The notes: generated by a model not told the origin, from the letters alone. Positions 26,586 to 41,733 are shown, counted from the first letter of the stretch. The stretch: DNA of 64,000 bases from Octopus vulgaris (GCA_951406725.2 OX597815.1:180606001-180670000); one strand, 5' to 3'. Made by a program: numbers and translations.

Positions 26586-28329
26586 TTTATATGGATTGTA
26601 AAGAGCCCGTGCTCTAGGACAACCGCCAAAGACAACATTTGGGCAAGTGAAATCAGAATCTACCCGACTCAACGTAAACCCCAAAACGAGACAAAATAAA
26701 TAAAGAAGCTAAATACACTCAACAATGTTTTATCTCAGTTTCAAGTCAGAAATACTTCGTAAATAGTATTGTAGAATAATTATACGCGTTTATGTTATGT
26801 AACATCAGAAGAAGTCCAAATACTGTTATCACTGGTTTATGAAACGTTTATGGAACTTGTTTCAGTTTGTATGGAAGGTAGAAAGCGCTTAAATAATTTC
26901 AAGACTTTTATTTATTAGTTTTGTGAAATAAATATGATGAGAGTGATACCCTCTTAGTTGATTCTACGACTTACGTAAACAGAAGCGAACAGAAACTACA
27001 AAATGTTAAATCATTTCAACCTATTTGTCAAATTCTTTTTTTTTTTTTTGTAAGCAAGTAAGCTGAGAGAAGAGATTTTTTTTTTCTCAACCATCGTCGT
27101 ATATCCGCCATTTAACTTATATTCGTTTGAAATGTTAGCATAAGGCCAGCAATTTCAGGGAAGGGATTACTCGATAATATCGACCCCAGTATTCAACTGG
27201 TACTTATTTTATCGACCCCGAAAGGATGAAAAGCAAAGTCGACCTCGGCAGAATTTGAACTCAGAACGTAAAGACGGACGAAATGCCGCGAAGCATTTTG
27301 CCCAGCATGTTCACGATGCCGCCAGTTTGCCGCTTTATAAATTACTTAGATTGAATGCATACCAAGTGGCCTTTTCTTTCTGAGTTGTGGACAATTGACA
27401 TTGTGTGTGTGTGTATACATATATACACATATATGCCTTGCTATAGTTGTGTATATTCCTGTCTATGTATGTTTATCGGTGTGTGTGTGTATGTGTGCGT
27501 ATTCTGACGCCCTGCTCGCTCCGGTGGCTCAGGGTGGATTTAGGCTTTTGTCTTGCTTTTGCAACAAAGTGTGCCTCAACAATTCAGAGATTCACGGCAG
27601 CTTTGTGTTCCGTTCAGACTATTGCTTCTTCTACATATATTACTCTGTGTCGAAACGCTGCACTGGGTGGTGTGGCTTTATTCCGATATCCCGAGATGAA
27701 TTTCTCGTTTGTTTGGTTCTACATAGCTGTCTCTGCATGTGCAACCTAGTTTGCAAGCAACGCTGGTTTTCTATCATATCAGGCAAATGCTGTCTGGTGA
27801 ACCAGACAGCGTCTAAAATAGCATTTCTTTTTTTTTCTTTTTCTTGTTGTGCGCGTGTGTTGCTATGTCTGCTTGTTATTATCTAACGATGTGACTTCAT
27901 CTCGTGAATCGAGCCAGAAGACCATTCCTCTTTGAACATTTCTTAAATGGTTTTGAATCTGTTTTCTGTCTTGGCGTCGACATAGACTCAGCTTCTGTTG
28001 TTTGTCTTTTACTCTTTGTATTTCTTGTGCGCGTCTCTCTTTTCTTTTACACTCTTCTTTCCTTATTCTTCATCTTCGTCTTTTTCACGGCTCTTCCCCT
28101 TGCAGCCCCTTGTCTTTATCTTTGCTGCCGTTCGCCTGATTGACGTTAGGGCCAAGTTGTCTGGGACTTCTACTTTGTCTGTAGCTCTTGATGTCGTCAT
28201 CGCCTTAGTTTACATCATAGATAGAGGGTCCATGAGATCTAATCTGCACGCATTCCCACGTAGTCTCCAGCGGATACAACTCCCCGGATAATTCGTTCCT
28301 GTGATGACAACACGAAGATACATGATACC

Positions 28330-28745
28330 TATTTCTTTACTACCCACAAGGAGCTAAACACAGAGAGGACAAACAAGGACAGACAGACGGATTAAGTCGA
28401 TTAAATCTACCCCAGTGCGCAACTGGTACTTAATTTATCGACCCCGCAAGGATGAAAGGCAAAGTCGACCTCGGCGGAATTTGAACTCAGAACGTAACGG
28501 CAGACGAAATACCTATTTCTTTAATACCCACAAGGGGCTAAACATAGAGGGGACAAACAAAGACAGACATAGGTATTAAGTCGATTACATCGACCCCAGT
28601 GCGTAACTGGTACATAATTTATCGCCCCGAAAGGATGAAAAGCAAAGTCGACCTCGGCGGAATTTGAACTCAGAACGTAGCGACGGGCGAAATACCGCTA
28701 AGCATTTTGTCCGGCGCGCTAACATTTCTGCCAACTCGCCGCCTT
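28330..28745 (-). mobile_element. Dimeric SINE family B copy
   Basis: Two tandem units inside one 20-bp TSD ACACGAAGATACATGATACC. Confidence 0.9.
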
Positions 28746-29599
28746 ACACGAAGATACATGATACCATCTACATCCTGCATGATAACACTAAATCCGACAT
28801 CGAAACCCTGCATCAAATGATTTCCTAATCCTTTCCAATTTCGCGCCATCATTCTCTTCAGACGAGCCACAATTCGAATCTTTTTTTTTTTTTTTTTTAA
28901 CCCGGATTCCATACATCCACGTAGCAAATAAAACCTCCGCCTCGCAAGGGACAACATTAGAGAACTTTGTACTTTAGAGAGTCCCGGGAGGGTTAGGACA
29001 TCTCAGGGGTCAGAGAGGTTAGTTCCTGATGTTACCTAACACTACAAGTGCAGTGACCATCTTTATTGCATGTATAGAAATTCTAATAAAAATTTGACAA
29101 TATCTTTTAAATTATATTTTGGCATGTTCATTATTTATTATTTACGTTCATGTGTTACATATTTTCTCAATACAAGCTCAGAAACTTTTGTTAAGAAAGA
29201 TTTAGCGGGATTCTTGATAGAATTCTTGATGGGAAAATAAAGGTAAAGCTTGAAAATTGGTTGTCCTTTAACGATAAAGTTGAAATGGAAGTTATAATAT
29301 GATCGTTAGAAATCTGTCAGACTTTTACTAAATTGGAGGGAAAGAAGAAAGAACGAAAAGGAAGAAATTTCAAAAGCTCTTTCAACCAGTGATTAGATGA
29401 AGGACATTCTAAAAACGCTTCGTCTTTGATTGCAACATCAATCAACAGAACTTCAAAATTAATTTATGTAATTTGGCACGTATTCATCAGAGCGTGGTCT
29501 TCCATCACTCTCACTCTCTCTCTGGCATTAATTTTTAAAAATATATATTAAAAAGAATCTTCGAATTTTTTTCGAGCGCCAAAGATCCAAAAACTACAC

Positions 29600-29672
29600 T
29601 ATGTATGTATGTATGTATGTATGTATGTATGTATGTATGTATGTATGTATGTATGTATGTATGGATGGATGG

Positions 29673-29705
<33 letters not shown>

Positions 29706-30040
29706 TGTATGTATGTATGTATGTATGTATGTATGTGTGTATGTATGTGTGTATGTATGTATGTATGTATGTATGTGTGTATGTATGTACGTGTGTATGT
29801 ATATATGTATGTATATATATATATATATGTACGTGTGTGTGTATGTGCGTATGTATGCATGTATGTATGTAGTACGTACGTATGTATGTATGTATGTGCG
29901 TATGTATGCATGTATGTATGTATGTATGTAGTACGTACGTATGTATGTATGTATGTATGTATGTATGTATGTATGTATGTACGTGTGTATGTATGTATGT
30001 ACGCATGTATGCATGCAAGCATGTATACATGTATGTATGT
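29600..30040. repeat. (ATGT)n compound microsatellite
   Basis: Direct reading. Confidence 0.99.
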
Positions 30041-30686
30041 ATAATATTTTTATTTATTAGAAATTGATCAGGGTTGTGGTGTGAGATATATAGCTACTTT
30101 CTGTATAAATATATTTTTAATATATGAGCTTTTGCGAATATAAGATTGCTATTTTTTGTATATAAATGTATATAAATGTCAATAGATTTCATTTGCATTT
30201 GAACTATGTAAATATATTTTTGATTGCGTTTGTAATTACATTTCCATCTTAATTTTATTAAAACTACTGCCCTGAATTTGTCAGCAAGTGAAACGATAGA
30301 ATACGATTGCTTTTTTTATTATTATTATATTTTATTATACAATTATAAGCGGATGAGATGTCAGAATCGTTAACGCAACATGCGAAATGCTTAGCGGCAT
30401 TTTGTCTGTTTTACGTTCTGAGTTCAAATTCTACTGAGGTCGACTTTGTCTTTCTTCCTTTCGGAGTCGATAAAATAAATACCAGCCAGTTGAGCAGTGG
30501 GGTTCATTATATATATATATATATATATATAGTAATGTTTATATGCCAACAGAATGTAGTAGTCTTATAAAGGACGATGTTACTGTTGTTTTTGTCCCAG
30601 GAAAACATCTTTTCCAGACCCGCAGTCTGTATCCTTATAGCATTTGCAAGGGAGTTCATCGCTCCCGTCTCTAGCCTTACGTGATA

Positions 30687-30730
30687 CTCATAGACCTAGG
30701 TTTCTGAATGTTATCCGTCCTCAGTGTGAG
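30687..30730 (-). ncRNA. Minimal hammerhead ribozyme, canonical core (family F4)
   Basis: CTCACA-CTGAGGA-C-GGAT(AAC)ATTC-A-GAAAC-CTAG-GTC-TATGAG; ACCTAGGT palindrome. Confidence 0.75.
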
Positions 30731-30791
30731 ACAATCACAAACTAGTGACGAAGGCTCCCTCCACTTGCAAATACTATATATTTTTTAAATG

Positions 30792-30824
<33 letters not shown>

Positions 30825-30942
30825 CACACACATACTCATATGTGTATAGATATTTATATATACGTGGTGGTGGTGGTGGGGGGGACGAAGCGTAATTTTA
30901 ATGTCGTTCATTCCACTTTCTGTCATCTATCTATCTATCTAC

Positions 30943-30982
<40 letters not shown>

Positions 30983-31533
30983 TTCATTTTCTTCATACAA
31001 GCTGCCATATTTTACAAATTTACATTTCATCGGAAAAAACAGGAAATTATTAACCGACAAGTGTATGAATACGAGGTTATGAAAGAAAGTATGCTTATAA
31101 ATAGTGCAACACGTAAGCGTGGGATTAAAGAATTAGGCGCTGTGAGTGAGAAAAACATGATTATTCTTAAAGAAGGACTGTAGTTGAAGATTTGTGTGGA
31201 TTAAGATTTGAAGAGTTAACTTGAAAAATTCAATAATGAGATGCCTTCATGCGGATGAAAACAAATTAGTGATGGCGTTACAGTTATAAACTTACACTTA
31301 AGGATGATTAGAAATAAATCTTTGTAATAATGATTAAGCCTCAATTGGTGATATATAATATTTTGTATAAAGAAATAACTACGTAGGTGGGGTAAGAAGC
31401 TTGCTGCCCAACCACATGGTTCCGAGTTCAGTCCCATTGCGTGGCATCTTGGGCAAGTGTCTTCTACTATAGTGTTGCACCGATTGAAATTTTGTGAGTG
31501 GATTTAGTAGATGGAGACTGAAAGAAGCCCGTC

Positions 31534-31591
<58 letters not shown>

Positions 31592-32419
31592 GTATATGTT
31601 TGTGTCTGTGTTTGTCCCCCCACCTTCGCTTAACAACTGATGTTGGTTTGTTTACGTTCCGGTGGTTCGGATAACGGAACCGATAGAATAAGTGCTTGGC
31701 TTACAAAGAATAAGGCCTGGGGTCGATTTGTTCTACTTAAGGTGGTGTCCCCGCATGGCTGCAGTCAAATGACTGAAACAAGTAAAAGAATAAAAGAATG
31801 AAAATGTAAGCACCGTGGCTTAGTGGTTAGCGTAATAAGCTCACGTGGGTTTAATTCTCGGCAGCGTGTTGCTTCCTTGAGCAAGACCCTTTGTTTCATG
31901 TTGTAACAGCTCACGCAGGCAGCAAAAAAAGATGTTGCACCTGTAATTCCATGGGTCAGCCTTTTCACATTCTGTGTGTCACACTCAATTTGTCTGAGAA
32001 CTAACTGAAGTGTATGCGTGTCTGTGGAATGCTCAGCCGCCTTCACATTAATCTCACGAGCAGGCTGTTCCGTTGATCGGTTGATAGAATCACCTGGAAC
32101 ATTCGTCATGGTAACCGACGTAATGTCCTCACACACACACATTTAATATCATCTGGGTAATAACCTCATAACATGAATTTCAAAGCTCCTATACGGTTAT
32201 CGGCTACCCTATGCCATCATACATCAGGATTGCTCCTTTAAACTGTATATGAATGTAGAAATCCGTTAGTGTATGCAGAATTTATATAAAAAAATTATAA
32301 AACGTGCAAAAATAAAACATAGAAAACTCAGCAACTAACAGCTGTTACCATTGCACAGGAAACAATTGTTTTAATTTCTGGATAAAGCTTGTTCATCCCA
32401 TTTTTTTTTTGTTTTACAA

Positions 32420-32477
<58 letters not shown>

Positions 32478-32716
32478 TATATAAAAGAGAATCTGGATAA
32501 ACTGGGATTTTCGGAAAGAGAAATCGATCGGTTAATTCTTACATTACAAGTCCAAACTGTGTGTGGAACAGTAAAAATATGCAAGACTTTTCTCAAGTTC
32601 CAAATATGAATTTGTCAGTGTTATCTACATCCCAAAAATGGACCCTTGTATCTTTGTTGGAAACCGGCTCCCCCTTCGGTGGAAAATTTATAATAATTAG
32701 AAAAAAAGAAGAAACA
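32478..32716 (+). mobile_element. 3' end of an RLE-type (R4/Dong-like) non-LTR retrotransposon, copy 1
   Basis: KENLDKLGFSEREIDRLILTLQVQTVCGTVKICKTFLKFQI* plus a 3'UTR homologous to 55797-56030; it runs into (CATA)n. Confidence 0.75.
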
Positions 32717-33123
32717 TACATACATACATAAATACATACATGCATACATACATACATATATGCATACATACATACATACATATATGCATACATACATACA
32801 TGCATACATACATACATACATACATACATACATACATACATACAAACAAACATACCTACATACATACATATATGCATACATACATATATACATACAAACA
32901 TACATACATACATATATGTATACATACATACATATATGCTTACATACATACATACATACATACATACGTATATACATACATACATAAATGCATACATACA
33001 TACATATATACATACATATATACATACAAACATACATATATACATATATGCATACATACATACATATATGTATACATACATACATACATACATACATATA
33101 TGCATACATACATATATGCATAC

Positions 33124-33154
<31 letters not shown>

Positions 33155-33195
33155 TACATACACACACACACACAGACATGTGTGTGTGTGTGTTG
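32716..33195. repeat. (CATA)n compound microsatellite
   Basis: Direct reading. Confidence 0.99.
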
Positions 33196-33650
33196 TGTGC
33201 AAACAACTTTCAGACGCAAGTACTACCAGCTGAAAGCTCCACATGCCGGACAGTAGCAGGTTTATGGGGTCAACATGACAATTACACAACCCACGAACGT
33301 TTTCTGGTTTTACGCATTTTGTAGAGGTTTGTGCAGGTCTATGCTCTTTCATTGTACACTCCCACTAGGCATCTTTTAACAACTTCTATTAGTATCTTTT
33401 CACAACTTCTCCCATGCTTGGAATTTTAGTAATTTACAAACAACTTCATCATAAGATGCTAAATCCAGGGGAAATTTAAATACAGAATGGACTGTGTTTA
33501 AGTATGTATGGTAAACTTTAGTCTTTAATGCCACACATGTAAAAAAAAAAAAGGCCTTGTTTATATTACTAGGAGGAAAATATTTTATTAGTGAGAAAGT
33601 ATCATTGCGCATTTTCTAAAAAGGATATAGCTATATTTGTTTAACTTAAA
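33190..33650 (-). mobile_element. Possible degraded RLE-LINE zinc-knuckle region
   Basis: [15 protein letters not shown](A)C...YLR resembles the CxxC..HxxxxC..Y.RH knuckle of RLE elements; frameshifted. Confidence 0.4.
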
Positions 33651-34349
33651 GACTAATTTTTTAGAATTAAATTGTAATTTGTTTGTCCGTCTGAAGTACA
33701 GAACCATACAAACATGTTTTATATTCGTTTTAAAGGAAGTTACGAACTCTGCAATCTAAACTTTAATCGCTTCCGGTATCATTTACATTCTCTAATGCGC
33801 GCCGTTAATAATAATAATTAATTGTCAATTTATTAATTAAACACTGCTCAAAATACAAAATAAATAACATAATTAATTTTTTAAATTTTTATACGGGCCT
33901 CGTTAATATGAAGTTATTTTAAAATTTATAAATCCAATCGTTTTCTATAGCGAACAAACAAACTTCAGCCCTGCCTACCAACGGACTTCGGTAACCAACA
34001 ATGGATTCAGTTACCTTTTTTTTTTCTTCTTCTGATAATCTGGCGTCTGTGTAACAATTACCGCATAGCGTACTTCTCTACGCTATTGAAACACCTATAA
34101 GGACTATGTAATTTATGAGGTCGTTATAAAACCTTTAACCGAATCTCTTGTTTTGTTCTATTCTTTATACATACGCACACACACACACACACTTATATGT
34201 TTCCGTCGACCAAATTCATTTACAAGGCATAGATCAATCTGGGACTATAGTGGAAGTCATATGCCCCAGGCGCCACGTTGTGGGATAGAACTCAAAAACC
34301 ACATAGTTGCAAAGCTAGCTTCTTAACCACACAGCCACTCCTGTACCTT

Positions 34350-34424
<75 letters not shown>

Positions 34425-34655
34425 GTCTGCCTGTCTGCCTGTCTGCCTGTCTGCCTGTCTACCTGTCTACCTGTCTGTCTGTCTATCTATCTATCTATCT
34501 GCCTGTTTGTCTGCCTGCTTGCCTGCCTGTCTGTTTGCCAGTCTGGCTATCTATCTGTATGTCTGTCTCTTTTTCTCTCCCTCTACATGAACACACACAT
34601 ACACACACACACACACACGCACACACACACAGATCCTACATAAAAAATGCATATA

Positions 34656-34878
34656 CAGTCATCCCTCGACTATCGCGGGTGTTGCGTTCCAAAAACACCC
34701 GCGATAAGTGGAAATCCGCAAAGTAGAAACAGTACTGTACTGTATATATTTTAAAATTATTTTTATAATTTGTACATATTTATTTTATTATAAATGCAAA
34801 ACAACACCACGGAGGAAATCGGCGTAAGTTTAAATAATAACCGCGATAGGTGAACCGCGATATGGAGAGAGATTACTG
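34656..34878. mobile_element. pogo/Tigger-type MITE
   Basis: TA|CAGTCATCCCTCGACTATCGCGG ... CCGCGATATGGAGAGAGATTACTG|TA with internal CCGCGATA repeats. Confidence 0.8.
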
Positions 34879-36684
34879 TATACATACGTGATTTCTTATA
34901 CAGGCCAACAATGCTTCGCTCTGTGCGAATTTATCAGACGAATGAATATATAGTTTGGTTGATGGAATATATAGTGAAAAGTAGGGGAGGGCGCTATTTG
35001 GAACCATGATTTCTATTAAAATAGGAACGGGTGGTTATAATGTTTTATAATCATTTCTGTTATAGGCATAAGGCCCGAAGCTTTGCGGGAGGGGGCTAGT
35101 CGATTACATTGACCCCAGAGTTTCACTGGTACTTCATTTATCGACTCCGAAAGGATGAAAGGCAAAGTCGACCTCGAACGTAGCGACCGGCGAAATACTG
35201 CCAAGCGTTTCGTCCAGCATGCTAACGTTTCTGCCAGCTCACCACCTTATTATAATGTTTTTGCCAGCTCGCCGCCTTATTATAATGTTTTATGATGTTT
35301 TACAGTGGTAAAGCAATTATTGTGAGATATATAAAGTTGGACGACAATTGAAGTGCTAAAAGATCTATAATTAAATAGAGAAAGAATTTCCTTGAATAGA
35401 GAGCTAAAGTTGAAAGTATGAATGGAAAAGGGGTTGAGAAGAAGGGAGTAACAAAGGAGGAATATGTGTCAATGTATTTCTCTGCAAAATTGTGATGATA
35501 AATTCTAGTCGAAAGGAAAGTGAAATTAAAAGTATATAAAACTGAAAGTAAATTGAATATTAATTGGTAAAATGCAATTATAATCACTGGTTTATAAATG
35601 AATTATGTGAAGGAAGCAAGTGTAAAAGCTGGTTGACATTTCTGGAAGAAACAGATTTTTAAAACAATGTTTCCGTAATTGGACAAGTCTACGATATCCG
35701 AGCTAAGCAGACTTAAAGGTGGTACATATAATAAAGTGGAGAATGAGAGAGAAAAGGAAAAGACAGAGATGAAGGTGAGGGTAAGATTATGTAAGGAGAA
35801 AGATTAAATGGGAAACGATAGAGAGGTACTTCTCTTGTACTTCTCTGTAACTGTACTTCTCTTGAAACTGTTGTTTGAGCGGTTGATTTTTCTTATGAAT
35901 TATGACTACAATTACAAAGCTACCATATCATTCTGTTGTTCCTATTGATATTACGGATACATTTTATAAACTGCAGTTCGTAATCGTGGGGTATCAGCCT
36001 TAATCACCTTTGCACAAAGGTATTCTGTTTTTCGTGAATAATTGCTATTGGTCTTTGAAGAGATAGAGTGGTCTTCCATAGAAATATGCATGGAGTCTTT
36101 TTTCATGTCTATGCCACAGACGACCTTTCTTTTCAATTTACCAATAGTGATTTTTCGAAAGTTCTTTGGAAATGTAATAAAATGACATTTGTCTTGAAGT
36201 CATATCGTACCAATATGACGCCCATTCTGACAGGGTTGGCTTCAACATAGAAACTTCCCGTTTTGATGCCAAACTATAATAATATAGTACATGATGTCAT
36301 GCATTGTTTTAATTCTTTGTATTTCTTCTGTTGTTTACTACACACTGAAACCACTCTCTTCTTTTTGTCAGTTTCAACTGTATAACTTTCTTCAGAGTTA
36401 AATGTTGCCCGAAATAACCAAGCTGCATTATAACTCCAAACTTTATTCGGTCGATTTTGCTGGGCGTTTAAAGTGAGTCACAAATCCAATCTTATTTTCG
36501 GTCGGTTTGACTCCTTGATTTAAAACAATGAAACCAAAGTGTTCTGTCTGACTCACATTTGTTATGAGTTAATGTGGAGCCATTGTTATATAATAACAGA
36601 CATCCAATTAATGTCACTTATCGGTTTTCTTTTTGACCCATTATTTCCGCAGAGCAGAATACAAACTGCTATATATTGCTTACG

Positions 36685-37140
36685 GGGAGAGTTTACGAAA
36701 AAAAAAACAAAATACGAAGACAGGTGGTGTACAAAACAAACAGATGTATTAGTATAACGCTCAGGAATTGAAAAAGTCTTTTATGTTTCGAGCCTACGCT
36801 CTTCTACAGAAAGGGACACAGAAAAAAACAAGGAGAAACAAGGAGAGAAAAAAATGTGTATAGTGGCTAACGATCTATCAATCTTTTACATGTTTCAATC
36901 ATTAGACTGCGGCGATACTGTAGCACCACCTAGAAGAATTTTAGTCGAACGAATTGATATGTATGCATGCCAATACACACGCGCGCGCACATCTTTTAAA
37001 GCTAAAAATGTTGGAGACTAAGAGTTTGCATTTTCTGAGAGAATTCTGTTAATCTTGTTGTGTCTTGGAATGTTCATTACGCCAATAACAAAAATACAAC
37101 AATGTGTGTGTGTGTGTGTATGTGTGTGAGAGAGAGAGAC
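36685..37140 (+). repeat. Segment of about 450 bp duplicated at 48978-49470
   Basis: F1 element, SINE-tail fragment, unique GTTGGAGACTAAGAGTTTGC...CAACAATGTG and (TG)n(AG)n are nearly identical at both sites. Confidence 0.93.
36778..36813 (-). ncRNA. Hammerhead-like motif, A6U variant (family F1), triplet mutated to AUA
   Basis: CTTT-CTGTAGA-A-GAGC(GTAG)GCTC-GAAAC-ATA-AAAG. Confidence 0.5.
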
Positions 37141-39120
37141 TATATGGCGACTATATATTACTTACGTTAGATTAAGATTGGAAAAGACTGTTACTGATTT
37201 CCTGAAATTTTTCATTATAATCCATTGAAATAATCAGATCTTATTTTATGATGCCAGAGATGGACCAACTTCTATTTATCCCAATTAAGATTCAGTTTTG
37301 AGAAAAAGCATCATTTATTCAAATTTTCCAGTACCTTTTTTCAAGATCGTAATTATGCATTGTTTTTTGGATAGGTTTCCATGCACAAACAAACACAGCC
37401 ATCTTTCTTTGGTATCTATCCTATGAGGAAATCTACCTTGTGACTCCATTGACTCTCTCAATGATGTCCAGTTTTAAACAAGTGTCTCATTTCTTTTGCT
37501 TCTTTGTTTACACGAAATAGTAATCAGCCCAGATTTGGCTTGATGGCTTGTTTGATAATTTTAGCATAAAATATTTTATTCTATCTTTGGCTTTGCATAT
37601 TTCGAGGAATTGTCTAGTCATTCAATCATCTTCTACTCTTGAAGGAATACTGATATTGTTCCGCCGAGGTCGACTTTGCCTTTCATCCTTTCGGGGTCAA
37701 TAAATTAAGTACCAGTTACGCACTGGGGTCGATGTAATCGACTTAATCCGTTTGATGACCTTGTTTGTCCCCTCTGTGTTTAGCCCCTTGTGGGCAATAA
37801 AGAAATAAGAATTCTGATATTGTTTATTTTAATTAGATTTAGTGAATAAGCTGTTTCACGTTCGAATAAATATTGTCGGGCATAGAGTTAGTCACGAGCA
37901 TCCTCCGAAAACAGAAGCCAATTCCAAGAGTGCCACAAATGGTTCTCACGTAAAGCTAAAAGTGAAGCAGAGAAACAGACAAACATTTTGGTTCACATAA
38001 TTGAATAATTGTTCAGAATTTAAAACCTTCATTCGTTAAATGTTGCTTTATCAACTGAATTTCATGATGTTCTGTTATCAGTAATACATGATGTGACTAT
38101 TTCTTTAATGTTTGTTTGTTGTTTAGTTCATCATCAAAATAAGTCGAAATATAAATCCACCGTCACTGATTGATGGTGTGCTTTTTTTATGCAACCAATT
38201 AAAAGTGGTTGACTCTGTATTTTGCTGTCGGCTGAAGTGTTTAAAGTTACGAACCTGCGGTTTCCCTGAACAACATACGATCATGAAATGGTCGCATTTC
38301 TATTTTTACGTAACATGTTCTTCCCTTTGCCTGACGTGGGATCAATCATGAGATTAATGAGATTAAATAAAATTAAAATATGAGATTTGGAACCACATGC
38401 ATAACAGAAATTGCCTACTTAAATTAATATTATTCTAATCGTTTTTGTGTGTACGAGTGAGTGTACGTGAGTGTCTTGTTTACTTTTAAACTAGATCTTG
38501 TGACAGCATTATTTCTATTAACATTTTATGTGTAATGCCGGACGGGGCTGTAATAATGTTATTCTCGTAGTATGACTGGGTTTTTCTCATTGAATTGATT
38601 CACTATTTCGCTATCAGTATCATACTTAACAAAACATGTTTTTACATTTGTTTTGTCGGCCGATATAACTGAGGACTTCTTTTTTTTTTTTTTATCTTTG
38701 AGTGAAATGGACCGGAACGTGCTTCTCTCGCAAGTCAAATTTTTGTGGGCTGATGTCAGTAAGTCCTTTGCACTCGTAAAAGTTAATTTGTTGTCATTTA
38801 GTGTATGATAAATCTCACGACAGACTCTTTTCCCCTTCAGTATATAGTAGAATAGTCCTTTTTCTGCCGTCGTCTACACACGGCCACATCAAAATGCATT
38901 TCTTCAACGTGCAATTTGTGGTTGCTAGAATTATTATGTTGAGCGCTGAGGATAGTGGAATGTCATTTATCGCCATTGTAATAAATCAGATAAGGGGCTT
39001 ATTTAAGTGCAGTAATGTAGCTTCATAGTAAACTGTTTATCCAATCAAAGCTGTTGTTGCTAGCGCTCCTTACCGCCCGAAGCTTCATTTAACTGAGCAA
39101 CTAAGGTCTTTTAGTAAACA

Positions 39121-39352
39121 TATTTCTTTACTACCCACAAGGGGCTAAATACAGAGAGGACAAACAAGGACAGACAAACGGATTAAGTCGATTACATCGA
39201 TCCCAGTGCGTAACTGGTACTTAATTTATCGACCCCGAAAGGATGAAAGGCAAAGTCGACCTCGGCGGAATTTGAACTCAGGACGTAACGGCAGACGAAA
39301 TACGGCTACGCATTTCGCCCGGCGTGCTAACGTTTCTGCCAGCTCGCCGCCT
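39121..39352 (-). mobile_element. SINE family B (tRNA-like head, Meta-type core GCCTTTCATCCTTTCGGGGTCGATAAA-TAAGTACCAG); representative copy
   Basis: Flanked by TSD TTTTAGTAAAC. About 19 copies, e.g. 2161-2545(+), 7258-7488(-), 7917-8320(+), 17484-17715(+), 21270-21487(+), 24963-25210(-; TSD ACTAAACTGAAG), 27125-27334(-), 35052-35277(-), 37660-37810(+; TSD CTGATATTGTT), 51790-52018(-). Confidence 0.92.
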
Positions 39353-40928
39353 TTTAGTAAACTGATAACCCATTAAATAACTCTGATAATGCGGTCATGG
39401 TGTACATCATTTAATGTATGCATCTTACCATATTACTGCTACGTCTCCTCACTTTACCTTTTGAAATGTTACTACAGTGGTTTCTTCTCTTCGCCACAAG
39501 CTGGTCTCTTACAATCTTCATTCAGGCGCTTCCGACCCCGCGGTCACTCCTCTCTCCGCCACCTGTATTGTGTCTTCCACTGCTCCTCAGGTTTCGCACA
39601 AATTACTTTGTCCGGTTCGTTCTTCTCATGCTTCTGCTATTCACTTCCTGCGCCTGTCAATTTGCGACTGTTCAAGAGGAAAATGAACCGCACAAATATT
39701 ACAAAGGCCTATGAAAGGCCTGTTTTGGTTATGGGCGGATCCCTTCCGTCTAGACAAAGCCATTATAAATAAATAACGAAAAGAATCAAAGTTGTTAGTT
39801 GTTTTTGATCATAAGTCTGTTCAATTAGGGCTGAACTGGAGATAAATAACAATAACGACGGCAACAGCCGCTTCATAGAGGACAAGCAACTGCCGTGTTC
39901 TTAGCATTTCCACCTTGTCCGCCTCTGTCGCGGTCACCACCCGAAGCCCTAGGCGTAGAGAGCCAAAAAAGTGAACCTCCAAGTGGTCGTTTGACCTGCT
40001 AGAAACTGCTGCCAACTCACCCTAAAGTTACACCTTAGAACCTAAAATAAGAGGTCACACGGGAAAATGTGGCTGTGACAACGCCACTTATAAAGGCGCG
40101 GCAATTTATGCTGTTGTGCCTTGAACTTTTGTCAGCTTAGTCACTAAGATTACTGTCATCATCATCATCAGCAGCAGTAGCAGCAGCAACAACAACAATC
40201 TTACAGATACCAACTGATAAATGGAGAGAGTGCAGTATGACCAGATATTGCATCCTATACAGTTCATCACAACATGTCAGAGTGTTGTGCAGTATCGTCC
40301 TCAGCTAGGTGGAGCTTGATATAACTGGGAGAGTATAGTCGTTAGTCGCACCTAAACAAACGTTCCGCTGACTTCGTACCGACCGATGCAAAGCCCTTTA
40401 CCGGAGCGAACTGTTTTTCAAGGTTTAAGCAGTGGTAAGTAAAACCAACTCGCATTACAGTATTATTTTCTGTGTTTCCTATTTTTAATGCAAATGTTCA
40501 GAGAAATTAATGGAAGTAACGTATCTACGATAATGAGAGCACAGTTGATAAACCTTTATCTGAAATACTTGCTAGTAGAAGTGAATCGCATTTTAAAATG
40601 ATTTTATAGCTCCAGCTACAAAATGAGACACCTTGGACATTAGGCTCAAGTCGAGGTGCGTTAGCCATTTACATTTCATAATACAATTTATAATAATTCA
40701 GTATTTGGTTCAATTGACGTAAGTAAATTAAAACCAGTCTTCTTTTGCTTTTTGTTTCTTCAAAAATTCCAAACAAATGTGAATGGATGCTGGAATCGAC
40801 ATAATTTGGTTGACGCTGGAGGAAAATTATAATTTGTAAAAATGTTTCTACTGAGATGTATGTGGAAAATATTGCAATGAAGTGTACGAGAGAAAGCGAG
40901 AGAGGAAGAGTGAGAGAGAGAGAGAGAG

Positions 40929-40983
<55 letters not shown>

Positions 40984-41733
40984 AAAAAAAGAAGGGAAGG
41001 GAAAAACAGCAAAGGACTCTTACTATCTCGTAGTGTTAAAAAGAACTACTATCTCGCAGCGAATTAAAATCATTCTTCAATAGAAATCTTCAACAATAAA
41101 ATGAAGTTTAAAATCACATTTTGATAAAATACATTATAATTAGAATTTTTGAGAAATTGCTAGACAGTGTAAAGTTTAATAAATGCTTTCTTTTAATAAA
41201 AATTACATACTCCAAATTAATTAGTAAGTAGGTTTTTTTCATTATAATATAGATACCATAAAGATAGTTTTATATAAATTTCTTGCGAATCCAATAACGA
41301 AGACATGTAACAGATTTACGTTCTCAAAGTGAAATTGTCACAAAATTTAAGTTTCGCCTGTTGAAATACACCTTATGAACATAAACGTCACTTACGCTTT
41401 TTAAACCTTCGTTTTATTTTAATCCACGAAACTCACTTTAATAAAAACTCCAGAAAATCTTTCCCAGCGTTTTCCGAGCTTTGAAAACATCTCGGACTGA
41501 GAAGCACTTTCGGATTTCGAAATTCCGGACCAGGTAAAGTATCCTTTCTATATTAATTTGTAAGGTACAAATTGACCCCAGTGCTCAAACCCAAAAGGAT
41601 GAAAGGCAAAGTCGGCCTCGATTGAATTTAAAATAAGAACTTAAAGACGAAAGAAATGTCACTAAGCGTTTTGTCCGGCGTGCTAACGATTCTGCCAGCT
41701 TGCCGCCGTGATAATAGTTATAATAATAACAAA

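Noticed and set aside
36365-36400. Minus-strand CTGAAGA...GAAAC
   Set aside because: The intervening sequence cannot form stem II and there is no stem I, so it is a chance match.
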